Of a stretch of DNA of 64,000 nt, positions 39,512 through 48,413 are shown one piece after another. Every line of letters begins with the position of its first letter. Within the stretch, counting starts at the first letter, position 1. Position numbers and translations under genes: made by a program. The stretch covers positions 80,189 through 144,188 of the forward strand of contig JAIPHX010000002.1 of NCBI GenBank assembly GCA_021734995.1, in the 5' to 3' direction. This stretch comes from Minisyncoccota bacterium (GTDB taxonomy: Bacteria > Patescibacteriota > Minisyncoccia > Phycocordibacterales > UBA9973). The notes beneath the pieces were generated by a model. It saw only the letters and a list, made by a program, of their open reading frames with translations, was not told where the DNA came from and did not search any database.

Positions 39512-40600
39512 ATGATACAAATAAAAATAAATAAACTACCAAAAAGTGAATTGGAGATAGAGGCACAATTAGAAGCAAATGTATTAGAGGCACTCTTTCC
39601 AAAAGCGCTAAAGAATATTAGTGAAAATATTGAAATGGACGGATTTCGTAAAGGAAAAGTCCCAGAAAATATCATTTTATCCAAAGTTGGAGAATTAGCG
39701 ATTTTAGAAGAAGCAGCAGAAATAGCGATCAATGAAAATTATCCAAAGATCCTAGAAGAAAACAAGATAGATGCTATTGGTAGACCTTCTATTACAATCA
39801 CCAAAATAGCTCGCAATAACCCATTGGAATTTAAAATAAAGACAGCTGTATTGCCTGAAGTAAATCTTCCAGACTATAAAAAAATATCCCAGAAAACTAT
39901 CAGTGATATAAGTGCTGAAGATAAAAATATTGAGGTATCTGACCAAGAGTTAGAAAACACCATAATGGATATTCGCAAATCTCGTGCTCCAAAAATCAAC
40001 ATGCAAGACATAGCAAAGAAAGATGAACCAACAGAGGAGAATAAAAATACAGAAGAAGTAAAACTCCCAGAAGTGGAGCTTCCAGAATTAAATGATGACT
40101 TCGTCAAAGCTCTAGGGCCATTCAAAGATGTAGCAGATTTTAGAGAAAAGCTAAAAGAAAATATCAAGCTTGAAAAAATAAACCAAGCACGAGAAAAAAC
40201 ACGCTTGAAAATCATAGAAGCAATCATAGAAAAAACTGAAGCAGAAATACCTGAAGTATTGATAGATTCTGAACTAGAAAAGATTCTCTATAGAATGGAG
40301 ACAGATATCAGCGCAATGGGTTTAAAATTTGAAGATTATCTTGTCCATATCAAAAAAACCAAAGAAGACTTACGCAAAGAATTTAGACAAGATGCAGAGA
40401 AGAAAGCAAAGTTTTCTCTTGTTTTGTTTGAAATCTCTAAACAAGAAAATATAAAAGCAGATACAGAAGAAGTAGCAAAAGAAGTAGCTCATATCCTAGA
40501 ACACTACAAAGATGCTGACCCTGACAGAGCTCAAATGCATGCTGAAAATGTCTTGACCAATGAAAAGATTTTCCAATTTTTAGAGAATCAGGGGAAGTAA
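39512..40600 (+). CDS. tig: Trigger factor (appears to lack most of the PPIase domain)
   Basis: GFRKGKVP ribosome-binding motif, LPELNDDF; upstream of clpP. Confidence 0.93.
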   Translation: MIQIKINKLPKSELEIEAQLEANVLEALFPKALKNISENIEMDGFRKGKVPENIILSKVGELAILEEAAEIAINENYPKILEENKIDAIGRPSITITKIARNNPLEFKIKTAVLPEVNLPDYKKISQKTISDISAEDKNIEVSDQELENTIMDIRKSRAPKINMQDIAKKDEPTEENKNTEEVKLPEVELPELNDDFVKALGPFKDVADFREKLKENIKLEKINQAREKTRLKIIEAIIEKTEAEIPEVLIDSELEKILYRMETDISAMGLKFEDYLVHIKKTKEDLRKEFRQDAEKKAKFSLVLFEISKQENIKADTEEVAKEVAHILEHYKDADPDRAQMHAENVLTNEKIFQFLENQGK

Positions 40601-40659
40601 AAACACTATTCTATTAAAAAGAGAAGGGCTATACTTATATGACCAAATAACTTCCATCG

Positions 40660-40965
40660 CTACACTAGCTCTATTTTTTTACCTAAGGCTTTGGATATTT
40701 TATACAAAGTACCTAAAGAAAAACTATGCTTTCCACTTTCTATACGAGAAATAAAGGATTGTGGTAATTTTGTCTTTTCAGCAATAGTTTTTTGTGTCAT
40801 TTTCTTTTGAATGCGCGTATTTCTAATTTTTTTTACTAAGTACAAACGAGAAATCTCTTCATAGTAAACTTTTTGATAGAATTTTGATTTTGAAAATTGA
40901 TCAAAAACATCTTTACTAGAATAAAGCTTTAGCGGACTTTTGATTTTTTTATTTTTTTTAATCAT
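40660..40965 (-). CDS. XRE-family HTH antitoxin (HigA-like)
   Basis: MTQKTIAEKTKLPQSFISRIESGK HTH. Confidence 0.85.
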   Translation of the reverse strand: MIKKNKKIKSPLKLYSSKDVFDQFSKSKFYQKVYYEEISRLYLVKKIRNTRIQKKMTQKTIAEKTKLPQSFISRIESGKHSFSLGTLYKISKALGKKIELV

Positions 40966-41270
40966 ATATTATATTTAATATACTTATATACTTTCTCCAT
41001 TTGAAATAAATAACTTTTCGGGGTTTTGGATGTCTTCTTAATAAAAATATAAATAAAATATATATTTTTATCTTTCACAAAGAAAACCAAGCGGTATCTT
41101 TTTACAATCAATTCTTTAATCTCTCCTTTTAGTTTTTTAGTATAAACAACCCTGAAATCTCCCTCTTCTAAGAAACTAATAGAAGCGTGTATTTTTGCTT
41201 GATCTGTTTCTGGTAATTGTTTTATAAACAAAGAAACCTTTTCGGTAAAAAAAGAATTATACATTTTCAA
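40962..41270 (-). CDS. RelE/HigB (Gp49-like) toxin
   Basis: KKLKGEIKELIV...RLVF...FIKKTSKTP; upstream of and overlapping the HTH gene. Confidence 0.8.
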   Translation of the reverse strand: MKMYNSFFTEKVSLFIKQLPETDQAKIHASISFLEEGDFRVVYTKKLKGEIKELIVKRYRLVFFVKDKNIYFIYIFIKKTSKTPKSYLFQMEKVYKYIKYNI

Positions 41271-41310
41271 AATAAATATTTTATAATGAAAATTAAATCT
41301 TTCTGTTTAG

Positions 41311-41340
41311 AGTATATCAATATTGATATACTAGTGTCAA
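41311..41340 (-). promoter_or_regulatory. TA promoter TTGACA-N18-TATACT with perfect 22-bp palindromic operator
   Basis: AGTATATCAATATTGATATACT at 41311-41332. Confidence 0.75.
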
Positions 41341-41488
41341 ATATAAAAAAATCAATTATATATAAATATTGTAAATAAGTTGTAAATTAAGTATATATAT
41401 CAATAAAACATGAGGTCTGAGAAGTCTCCTGTATGGTAGACGCGTACAGGAAATTGATTTTATTTCCAAAAAAAGTATAATGAACATT

Positions 41489-42088
41489 ATGTTAATACCC
41501 ACAGTAATAGAAAAGTCCCAGTTTGGTGAAAGAGCTTATGATATATACTCTCGTCTTTTGCGTGAGCGTATTATCTTTCTTGCAGGACCAATAGATGACC
41601 ACACTGCCAACATTGTCATCGCACAGCTTTTATTTCTAGAGTCTGAAGATTCAAAAAAAGACATCAGCTTTTATATCAACTCCCCTGGAGGATCAGTCAC
41701 TTCTACTCTTGCTATTGTAGATACTATCAATCACATTAGACCAGATGTAGCTACTTTTTGTGTAGGAATAGCAGCTTCCGGAGCAGCGATCATATTATCT
41801 TCTGGTAAAAAAGGAAAGAGATACATTCTTCCAAACGCAGAAGTTATGATTCACCAGCCACTTGGAGGAGTAGAAGGACAAGCTACTGATATTGCTATCA
41901 CAGCAAAACACATTTTAAAGACAAGAGAAAATCTAAACAAAATGCTTGCAAAAAATACCGGTAGACCTGTAGGCCAAATAGAAAAAGATGTAGAGAGAGA
42001 TTTCTTTATGGACGCTGAAGAAGCAAAAAAATACGGGATTATAGATGAAATAGTCACGAAATCCAAAGCTACAAGTTCTAGCAAGTAA
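41489..42088 (+). CDS. clpP: ATP-dependent Clp protease proteolytic subunit
   Basis: [31 protein letters not shown]; start moved to ATG 41489. Confidence 0.97.
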   Translation: MLIPTVIEKSQFGERAYDIYSRLLRERIIFLAGPIDDHTANIVIAQLLFLESEDSKKDISFYINSPGGSVTSTLAIVDTINHIRPDVATFCVGIAASGAAIILSSGKKGKRYILPNAEVMIHQPLGGVEGQATDIAITAKHILKTRENLNKMLAKNTGRPVGQIEKDVERDFFMDAEEAKKYGIIDEIVTKSKATSSSK

Positions 42089-42225
42089 TATATCAGCCAA
42101 AAGCTCTTAAAAATACTATTTTTTAATTCTTAAAATCATTTTTAAGGCTGTTTTTGGCATTTTCTGGACTTTTGTCTATATTTTTGGTACATTTCTAATG
42201 TAGATTTTTAATAATTATTTTGAAA

Positions 42226-42340
42226 CAGTTTATAGGAATACACACATGTTGTTGAAGAAAATAAATCACAAACGGATTTTTGACTTAAAAAAAGTGAGTA
42301 AGATTAAGACCACAATATAGGGGCGTGTTCTTGTAAGCTG
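42226..42340 (+). other. Long-stem RNA structure in the rny leader
   Basis: CAGTTTATAGGAATAC pairs with GTGTTCTTGTAAGCTG (16 bp including G-U); second stem inside. Confidence 0.5.
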
Positions 42341-42350
42341 AAAAACGCTT

Positions 42351-43880
42351 ATGAGTGAAACAACTATAATTCTTTTAGGAGGCTTGGTACTCCTTTTAGG
42401 ACTTGCTATCGGATATTACCTCCGATTGGTAATTGCTCTTGGAAAAAAGAGATCAATTGAAATAGACATCAAACAAATGATGGTCGGAGCTAAAGAAGAG
42501 GCTCAAAAAGTAGTAGAGGAAGCCAAGAAGAAAAGTGAAGATAAATTAGCAGAGCTTCGTGAAGAAGAAAAAAAACGAGAGCAAGATTTTAAAGATACTG
42601 AAAAACGTCTTATCAAAAAAGATGATTTTTTGGATGCTCGTCAGACTGAGCTTGATAAAGAAGCTGAGGCAATAAAAGTTAAAGTAGAGGAAATAAAAAA
42701 GATACAAGAAAGAGTATCTAAGGTAGAGGAAGAGAAGCGCGTAGAATTAGAAAGAGTCGCCAAACTTTCTCAAGAAGATGCAAAAGAAGAACTAATGCAT
42801 GAAATTGAAAAAAAGTATGAAGAAGATATTTTAATCAGAATGCAGAAATTAGAAAATATGGGAACTGAAAAACTAGAAAGTAGGGCAAAGGATATATTGG
42901 CTACTTCTATCCAAAGACTTGCTTCTAGTACTGCTTCTGATCTAATGACCACTACTGTCACATTGCCCAATAACGATATTAAGGGAAAAGTAATAGGAAA
43001 AGAAGGTAGAAATATTCGTGCTTTTGAAAGAGCTTCTGGGGTAGAGCTCATTGTAGATGATACTCCAGGATCAATCATTATTTCTTCTTTTGACCCTGTA
43101 AGAAGACAAGTAGCTAGACTAGCTCTGGAAAATCTAATACTAGATGGTAGAATCCAACCAGCTAAAATAGAAGAATTAGTAGAGAAGGCAAAAGAAGATA
43201 TAAACAAAATAATCAAAGAAAAAGGAGAACAGGCAGTGTTTGAGTGTGGTGTATTTAATTTTGATCCTAGAATTGTGGCAATCTTAGGAAGATTGTATTT
43301 CCGCACAAGTTATGGACAAAATGTTCTCCAACACTCAGTAGAGATGGCACATATCGCAGGAATGATTGCCGAAGAGCTTGGAGCTGATGTACAAATAGCT
43401 AAAGCGGGAGCATTAGTACATGACATAGGAAAAGCTCTTGACCATGAGGTGCAAGGAACCCACGTAGAAATCGGTATTCGTATTCTTCAAAAATTTGGAG
43501 CAGACGAAAGAATTATTACAGCAATGAAATCTCACCATGAGGATTATCCTTATGAAACAGTAGAAGCTATCATTGTGCAGACAGCCGATGCTATCTCTGG
43601 TGGACGTCCAGGAGCTCGTAGAGACTCTGTAGAGAACTATATAAAGAGACTACAAGACTTAGAGGCCTTAGCAAATAGCTTTGAAGCTGTAGAAAAATCA
43701 TATGCTCTTCAAGCTGGTAGAGAAATTCGCATATTTGTTACTCCTGAAAAAATATCAGATACTGAGGCAAAGCTTATGGCTCGTGAAATAGCTCAAAAAA
43801 TAGAACAAGAGCTAAAATACCCTGGTGAAATAAGAGTTACAATGATTAGAGAAACTAGAATTATTGAGTACGCTAGATAA
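42351..43880 (+). CDS. rny: Ribonuclease Y
   Basis: N-terminal TM, coiled coil, KH (IGKEGRNIR), HD (HDIGKA). Confidence 0.97.
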   Translation: MSETTIILLGGLVLLLGLAIGYYLRLVIALGKKRSIEIDIKQMMVGAKEEAQKVVEEAKKKSEDKLAELREEEKKREQDFKDTEKRLIKKDDFLDARQTELDKEAEAIKVKVEEIKKIQERVSKVEEEKRVELERVAKLSQEDAKEELMHEIEKKYEEDILIRMQKLENMGTEKLESRAKDILATSIQRLASSTASDLMTTTVTLPNNDIKGKVIGKEGRNIRAFERASGVELIVDDTPGSIIISSFDPVRRQVARLALENLILDGRIQPAKIEELVEKAKEDINKIIKEKGEQAVFECGVFNFDPRIVAILGRLYFRTSYGQNVLQHSVEMAHIAGMIAEELGADVQIAKAGALVHDIGKALDHEVQGTHVEIGIRILQKFGADERIITAMKSHHEDYPYETVEAIIVQTADAISGGRPGARRDSVENYIKRLQDLEALANSFEAVEKSYALQAGREIRIFVTPEKISDTEAKLMAREIAQKIEQELKYPGEIRVTMIRETRIIEYAR

Positions 43881-44044
43881 TATATAGTTACGAAAGAATA
43901 ATTTGACTAAATTGATACATTCTCTATACCCCTTGCCTAAAAAAACCCTTGATATATAATATATGTATGTACTTTAAGGGTAAGTCTTTTAATGAAAATT
44001 AAGAGACCGGTCGAAAGATTATTAAAAATAACTTTTAAAGAATA

Positions 44045-44317
44045 ATGAATAAACAAGCATTAGTTGAATGGGCACACGGTAAATTAGGCGGGACAAAAGT
44101 CCAAGCTGAAGAGTTAGTAGATGGAGTCTTTGATTCTATTGTTGGTACTTTAAAAAAAGGAGATGAAGTATCAATAGCTGGTTTCGGAATTTTTTCCGTT
44201 AAAGCAAGAGCAGCAAGAATGGCTCGTAATCCAAAAACTGGAGAACAAGTAAAAGTTGCAGCTACAAAAGTTCCAAAATTCAGAGCTGCTAAAGCACTGA
44301 AGGATGCAGTAAAATAA
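44045..44317 (+). CDS. hup: DNA-binding protein HU
   Basis: GFGIF...RAARMARNPKTGE...PKFRAAKALKDAV. Confidence 0.96.
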   Translation: MNKQALVEWAHGKLGGTKVQAEELVDGVFDSIVGTLKKGDEVSIAGFGIFSVKARAARMARNPKTGEQVKVAATKVPKFRAAKALKDAVK

Positions 44318-44347
44318 TTTTCTATTCGCGCGCGAACAGAAATATAT

Positions 44348-44378
44348 CAAAAAGCACAGACATCGTCTGTGCTTTTTG
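44348..44378. terminator. Bidirectional terminator between hup and lexA
   Basis: AAAAAGCACAGAC-ATC-GTCTGTGCTTTTT. Confidence 0.8.
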
Positions 44379-44396
44379 TATTATGTAGTATTTTGT

Positions 44397-44966
44397 TTAG
44401 TACTTCCTAATAACGGCTTTGACTATTGCCACGATATTCATACTATTCTCTGGGTAAATAAGTTTATAGTTTTTATTTGCTGGCTCAAGCCACATCTTTG
44501 ATCCACTTTTACTTTTGCGTAAATATTTCATAGTAAATTCTCCATCTACTTCAGCAATCACAATGTCACCTTCTTTTGCAGTATTTGTCTTTTCTACTAT
44601 TACCATATCCCCTTCTTCTATATGAGCATCAATCATAGAATCTCCATCTACTTCTAGTATGTATGTTTTTTCTGTATCTTTAACGAGAAAATCTTTTAAG
44701 TTCATACTGTCTTCAACTTCTTCGGCAGTAGAAGGAAAACCTGCTTTTACAGAACCAAGCAAAGGAACCTCTCCAAAAGAATCTGAGGGTATCAATCTGC
44801 CTAGATTATCTTTAGCAACAAAACCCATAGAAATCAATTTTTCAACCACCCTAAAAACTGCATTCTTGGACTTGAATCCAAAAATCTTCATCATCTCAGA
44901 ATATGAGGGCATTCTCTTGTTGTTTCTATAAAAAGATTCTATTTTTAATTTATATGGGTTTTGCAT
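44397..44966 (-). CDS. lexA: LexA repressor
   Basis: N-terminal wHTH, KAGFP cleavage site, GDSM, TMK catalytic residues. Confidence 0.9.
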   Translation of the reverse strand: MQNPYKLKIESFYRNNKRMPSYSEMMKIFGFKSKNAVFRVVEKLISMGFVAKDNLGRLIPSDSFGEVPLLGSVKAGFPSTAEEVEDSMNLKDFLVKDTEKTYILEVDGDSMIDAHIEEGDMVIVEKTNTAKEGDIVIAEVDGEFTMKYLRKSKSGSKMWLEPANKNYKLIYPENSMNIVAIVKAVIRKY

Positions 44967-45051
44967 TTATTATTTATATAAACTTTGTATTTATTACTTA
45001 TAAGAATTTGATTTTATTGTTTACAGAAATCTTGTATTTACTACAATAGTA

Positions 45052-45255
45052 TTATACCGATAATACTGAAGTGAGTGTAGGGAAAAATTTTTGAAAGAAA
45101 TTCCTTCTAGTATGATAACGGACTTTCCTTAAAAGTAAACGATGATCTCTCGCCTCTTTTGAATAAGATTCCCCTGCTAAAATCTTAAGATCAATCTGTC
45201 TATTGATCCTTTGTATTTCCATTTCTAACATTTTTAAATATTGTGATTGTGACAT
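45052..45255 (-). CDS. Small hypothetical protein upstream of lexA
   Basis: 67-aa ATG ORF between a LexA-box promoter and lexA. Confidence 0.7.
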   Translation of the reverse strand: MSQSQYLKMLEMEIQRINRQIDLKILAGESYSKEARDHRLLLRKVRYHTRRNFFQKFFPTLTSVLSV

Positions 45256-45319
45256 TTTTTTATAAAAGTTACTTGTTGCTAAACGACCTAACTATTTGTT
45301 ACTAAACTAACTTGTTTTT

Positions 45320-45348
45320 AGTATATGTGAACGAGCGTTCACTGTCAA
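45320..45348 (-). promoter_or_regulatory. Promoter TTGACA-N17-TATACT containing a putative LexA box GAAC-N4-GTTC
   Basis: GTGAACGAGCGTTCAC palindrome at 45327-45342. Confidence 0.75.
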
Positions 45349-45357
45349 GAATTTAGA

Positions 45358-45366
45358 TGTGGATAA
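45358..45366. promoter_or_regulatory. DnaA box
   Basis: TGTGGATAA. Confidence 0.5.
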
Positions 45367-45393
45367 CTACAATTCACTTTAAAAACAAAGCTT

Positions 45394-46944
45394 CTACATA
45401 GGCTTGGGACGATATTGTAAGGCTTCCAATATATGTTTATTTTGAATAATGGCAGACTGATCCAAGTCGGCAATAGTTCTAGCTACCTTCAAAATCTTTT
45501 TGTAAGCTCTCATTGATAAAGACATTTTTTCTATACTTTGAATAAATAATTCACGGGATTCTTGGGATATACTGTACGCATCAAAAAAATTTGTATCTAT
45601 CTCTCCTATATTTTTTATAGAGGTATCTATAGGGGTAGTTAAATTTTGTTTTATTGAGCTCTGTATTTTTTCTCCCATTTTTCTGCCAGCTATAACTCTT
45701 TTTTTTATCTCAACACTTGTTTCTGTTTTTTCTGTTTTATTTAAAATATTAAAATCCACTTGACCGACCGAAACCCACATGTCTATTCTGTCTACAATAG
45801 GTCCTGATAATTTTCTTTTATATTTATACAAATCTACCGCTGTGCATTTACACAAATCTTCTTTTAATGATGCATAGCCACACGGGCAAGGATTCATTGA
45901 AACAATTAAAATAAAATCAGCAGGAAAGATAATGCTTGCATTCGCCCTTGTAATTGTAATTTCTTTTGATTCTAATGGTTGTCTTAGTGCTTCTATTACC
46001 CTTCTATCAAATTCTGGAAATTCATCCAAAAACAAAACTCCCTTATGTGCCAAAGTAATCTCTCCTGGCTTTGGATTTGTCCCTCCTCCTACAATAGATG
46101 TATAAGAAGAAGTATGGTGAGGAGATCTAAAGGGTGGGTGAAATATTAAATTATTTTTATTTAATCCAACAGCAGAATGAATACTTGTTACTTCAAATAT
46201 TTCTTCATACTCTAAATCTGGCAAGATGCTAAGAAAAGCATTCGCAAGCATTGTCTTCCCTACTCCTGGTGGACCGTACATAGCAATATTGTGCTTGCCT
46301 GTCGCCGATATCTCTAATGCTCTTTTTATTGATTGTTGTCCTTTAATTTTTGCAAAGTCATTTTTGTTTTCAGTTGATAAATAATCTTGTATCATCGTCT
46401 TCTGCTTGCTTTGAGCCAAAATTTTTAACCCAAGCAAATGATTGGCAACATCTGCAAGACTTTTTACTCCAAAAATTTTGATATCTTTTACAAAGATTAC
46501 CTGTGATATATTTTCTTCTGGTAAAAAAACTTGCTTGAAACCTTTACGCCTAGCTTCTTCTACCAACGGCAATGCCCCTTTAATAGAAAATATTTTTCCA
46601 TCCAGCCCAAGTTCCCCTAAAAATATTTTATCTCTCGGGTCAAAAGAAATCTGTTTGTCTGCCAACAAAAAACATACAGCAATAGCAAGATCAAAAAAAG
46701 TCCCCTCTTTTTTTATATCAGCAGGAGACAAAGAAACTACTATTTTTTTGTTTAAACTTCTTGGAGACACAAACCCAGAATTTTTAATTGCAGAGCTAAC
46801 TCTGTCTTTTGATTCGTCTATAGATTTGTCAGGCAAGCCGATAATTGAAAAAGAGTGTAGCCCAATAGAAACATCTATCTCTATGTTTAAAATGTTTGCC
46901 TTTAAAAAATTTATTTGAGCTGAATATACTTTTGCAAAACTCAT
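45394..46944 (-). CDS. comM: YifB/ComM Mg-chelatase-like AAA+ ATPase
   Basis: IIGLPDKSI.ES.DRV, GPPGVGKT, FRSPHHT, LFLDEFPEF, NPCPCG, ARTIADL. Confidence 0.93.
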   Translation of the reverse strand: MSFAKVYSAQINFLKANILNIEIDVSIGLHSFSIIGLPDKSIDESKDRVSSAIKNSGFVSPRSLNKKIVVSLSPADIKKEGTFFDLAIAVCFLLADKQISFDPRDKIFLGELGLDGKIFSIKGALPLVEEARRKGFKQVFLPEENISQVIFVKDIKIFGVKSLADVANHLLGLKILAQSKQKTMIQDYLSTENKNDFAKIKGQQSIKRALEISATGKHNIAMYGPPGVGKTMLANAFLSILPDLEYEEIFEVTSIHSAVGLNKNNLIFHPPFRSPHHTSSYTSIVGGGTNPKPGEITLAHKGVLFLDEFPEFDRRVIEALRQPLESKEITITRANASIIFPADFILIVSMNPCPCGYASLKEDLCKCTAVDLYKYKRKLSGPIVDRIDMWVSVGQVDFNILNKTEKTETSVEIKKRVIAGRKMGEKIQSSIKQNLTTPIDTSIKNIGEIDTNFFDAYSISQESRELFIQSIEKMSLSMRAYKKILKVARTIADLDQSAIIQNKHILEALQYRPKPM

Positions 46945-47009
46945 ACCTTAAGCTAAAAATTATTCCGCTCAAGGCAGTATGTTAATAAAAATATTTTTCT
47001 ATACAGAAA

Positions 47010-47366
47010 CTAGTCGTTTAGATGCTCTTTGCAAGTGTGGGCTGCTGGATTAGCTTCTAGCCTGTCTTCTTCTATTTCACCACCACATACATCACACAAA
47101 CCAAAAGAATCCTTATGAAGCTCAATCAAGGATTCTTCTATGGAAGACAATCTTGCTTGTAAAACTTCTAAAATAGAAACTCTAGACTCGGAATCTTCAA
47201 ATCTATCTGCCATGTCGTTTTGATCTGATTCTGGTTCTTCTATTTTTTCAGGCACAGCTTCCCATTCGTTTGTCTCAGAATTAAATACCCCAATATCAGA
47301 CAAATCTGCCAATATTTCTGCTTTCTCTTCCTCCAACTTTTGTTTTATTTGTGCTTTTTTATTCAT
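47010..47366 (-). CDS. TraR/DksA-type zinc-finger protein
   Basis: D.AD helix tip, CDVC...RLEANP..TCKEH; start moved to ATG 47366. Confidence 0.85.
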   Translation of the reverse strand: MNKKAQIKQKLEEEKAEILADLSDIGVFNSETNEWEAVPEKIEEPESDQNDMADRFEDSESRVSILEVLQARLSSIEESLIELHKDSFGLCDVCGGEIEEDRLEANPAAHTCKEHLND

Positions 47367-47416
47367 AAACAAATATTAGCACATTAAAAAAGAAAGGTAA
47401 ATTATCTTGTTTGGGC

Positions 47417-48277
47417 TTATTTTTTAATTTTCCCGCTCAACAATCTAAGTATTATCTCTCTAGCTGTATCAATATTGTCAGTAATCACTACTGAATCATT
47501 GCTAGAAAAAACATACATCATTGCGATATTGCCATCTTTATCATATAAAATTCTAGCATTTTTGTTTACGATAAATTTGTCTTCAAATGGTTTGACTGTA
47601 AGGTATATATTTTCATTAGTAATCTCTGTCCCAAAAAAATTACTCATATCAGCAAAAAGGCTTTTTTCCCAAATAAGCATTTTGGGAAAAACATCTGTAA
47701 AGGATCTAGCTTTCAAAAGAATAAATGGGTGTTTGGTGTTTTCTTTAGTTTTAAATACCCCCATTAAAAATCCTGTTTTTAAAACATTAATTCCCTCCAA
47801 AGGATATGATGAATTAATTTTTTCTAAAAACATTCTAGAACTCAAAACATTCTTTCCCTCAGAAAAATACACACCCTCCATTCCTCCAATCTTCACATCT
47901 GTATTTGATATTTGGTTGTAAAACAAAGTAGCAACTTCGTTTTTGGTTGGAAGATTATCTATTTCTAAAAAAGTAGTTTTATCTGTAAAGATAATCGGTG
48001 TAAACTGAGTATCCACTATAGCTGTAAAAACATTTTCTTTTAAAAAAACAGAAGCAAAGACAGCTCCTGTCGCCCCAATTATCAAAAAAAGGCCAATTAA
48101 CATAAAAATTTTATTTTTAGTGCTTTCGGGAGATAAGTTTTTCTTTTGTAAATCTCGTTCTTCTTCTTCGTGAATAATCTTTTTTATCAATCCCCCTTTT
48201 TCATGCTCCAAAACCCTGACCATGTCGTCAGTAAAGGTTTCAATATTTTTTAATTTTGGTTTATTATCAGAATCCAT
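47417..48277 (-). CDS. Hypothetical single-pass membrane protein
   Basis: One TM helix, 286 aa. Confidence 0.75.
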   Translation of the reverse strand: MDSDNKPKLKNIETFTDDMVRVLEHEKGGLIKKIIHEEEERDLQKKNLSPESTKNKIFMLIGLFLIIGATGAVFASVFLKENVFTAIVDTQFTPIIFTDKTTFLEIDNLPTKNEVATLFYNQISNTDVKIGGMEGVYFSEGKNVLSSRMFLEKINSSYPLEGINVLKTGFLMGVFKTKENTKHPFILLKARSFTDVFPKMLIWEKSLFADMSNFFGTEITNENIYLTVKPFEDKFIVNKNARILYDKDGNIAMMYVFSSNDSVVITDNIDTAREIILRLLSGKIKK

Positions 48278-48413
48278 TTTAAATAATGTTTACTGAATAC
48301 CCTTTTAGTATATTTTCAGTAATATTATATTCTATAATAACATTATAACACTAAAGAGAAAATCTTTAGTGTTATAATCTACCTTCTTTATTTAAAATAT
48401 TAAAGCTTAGAAA

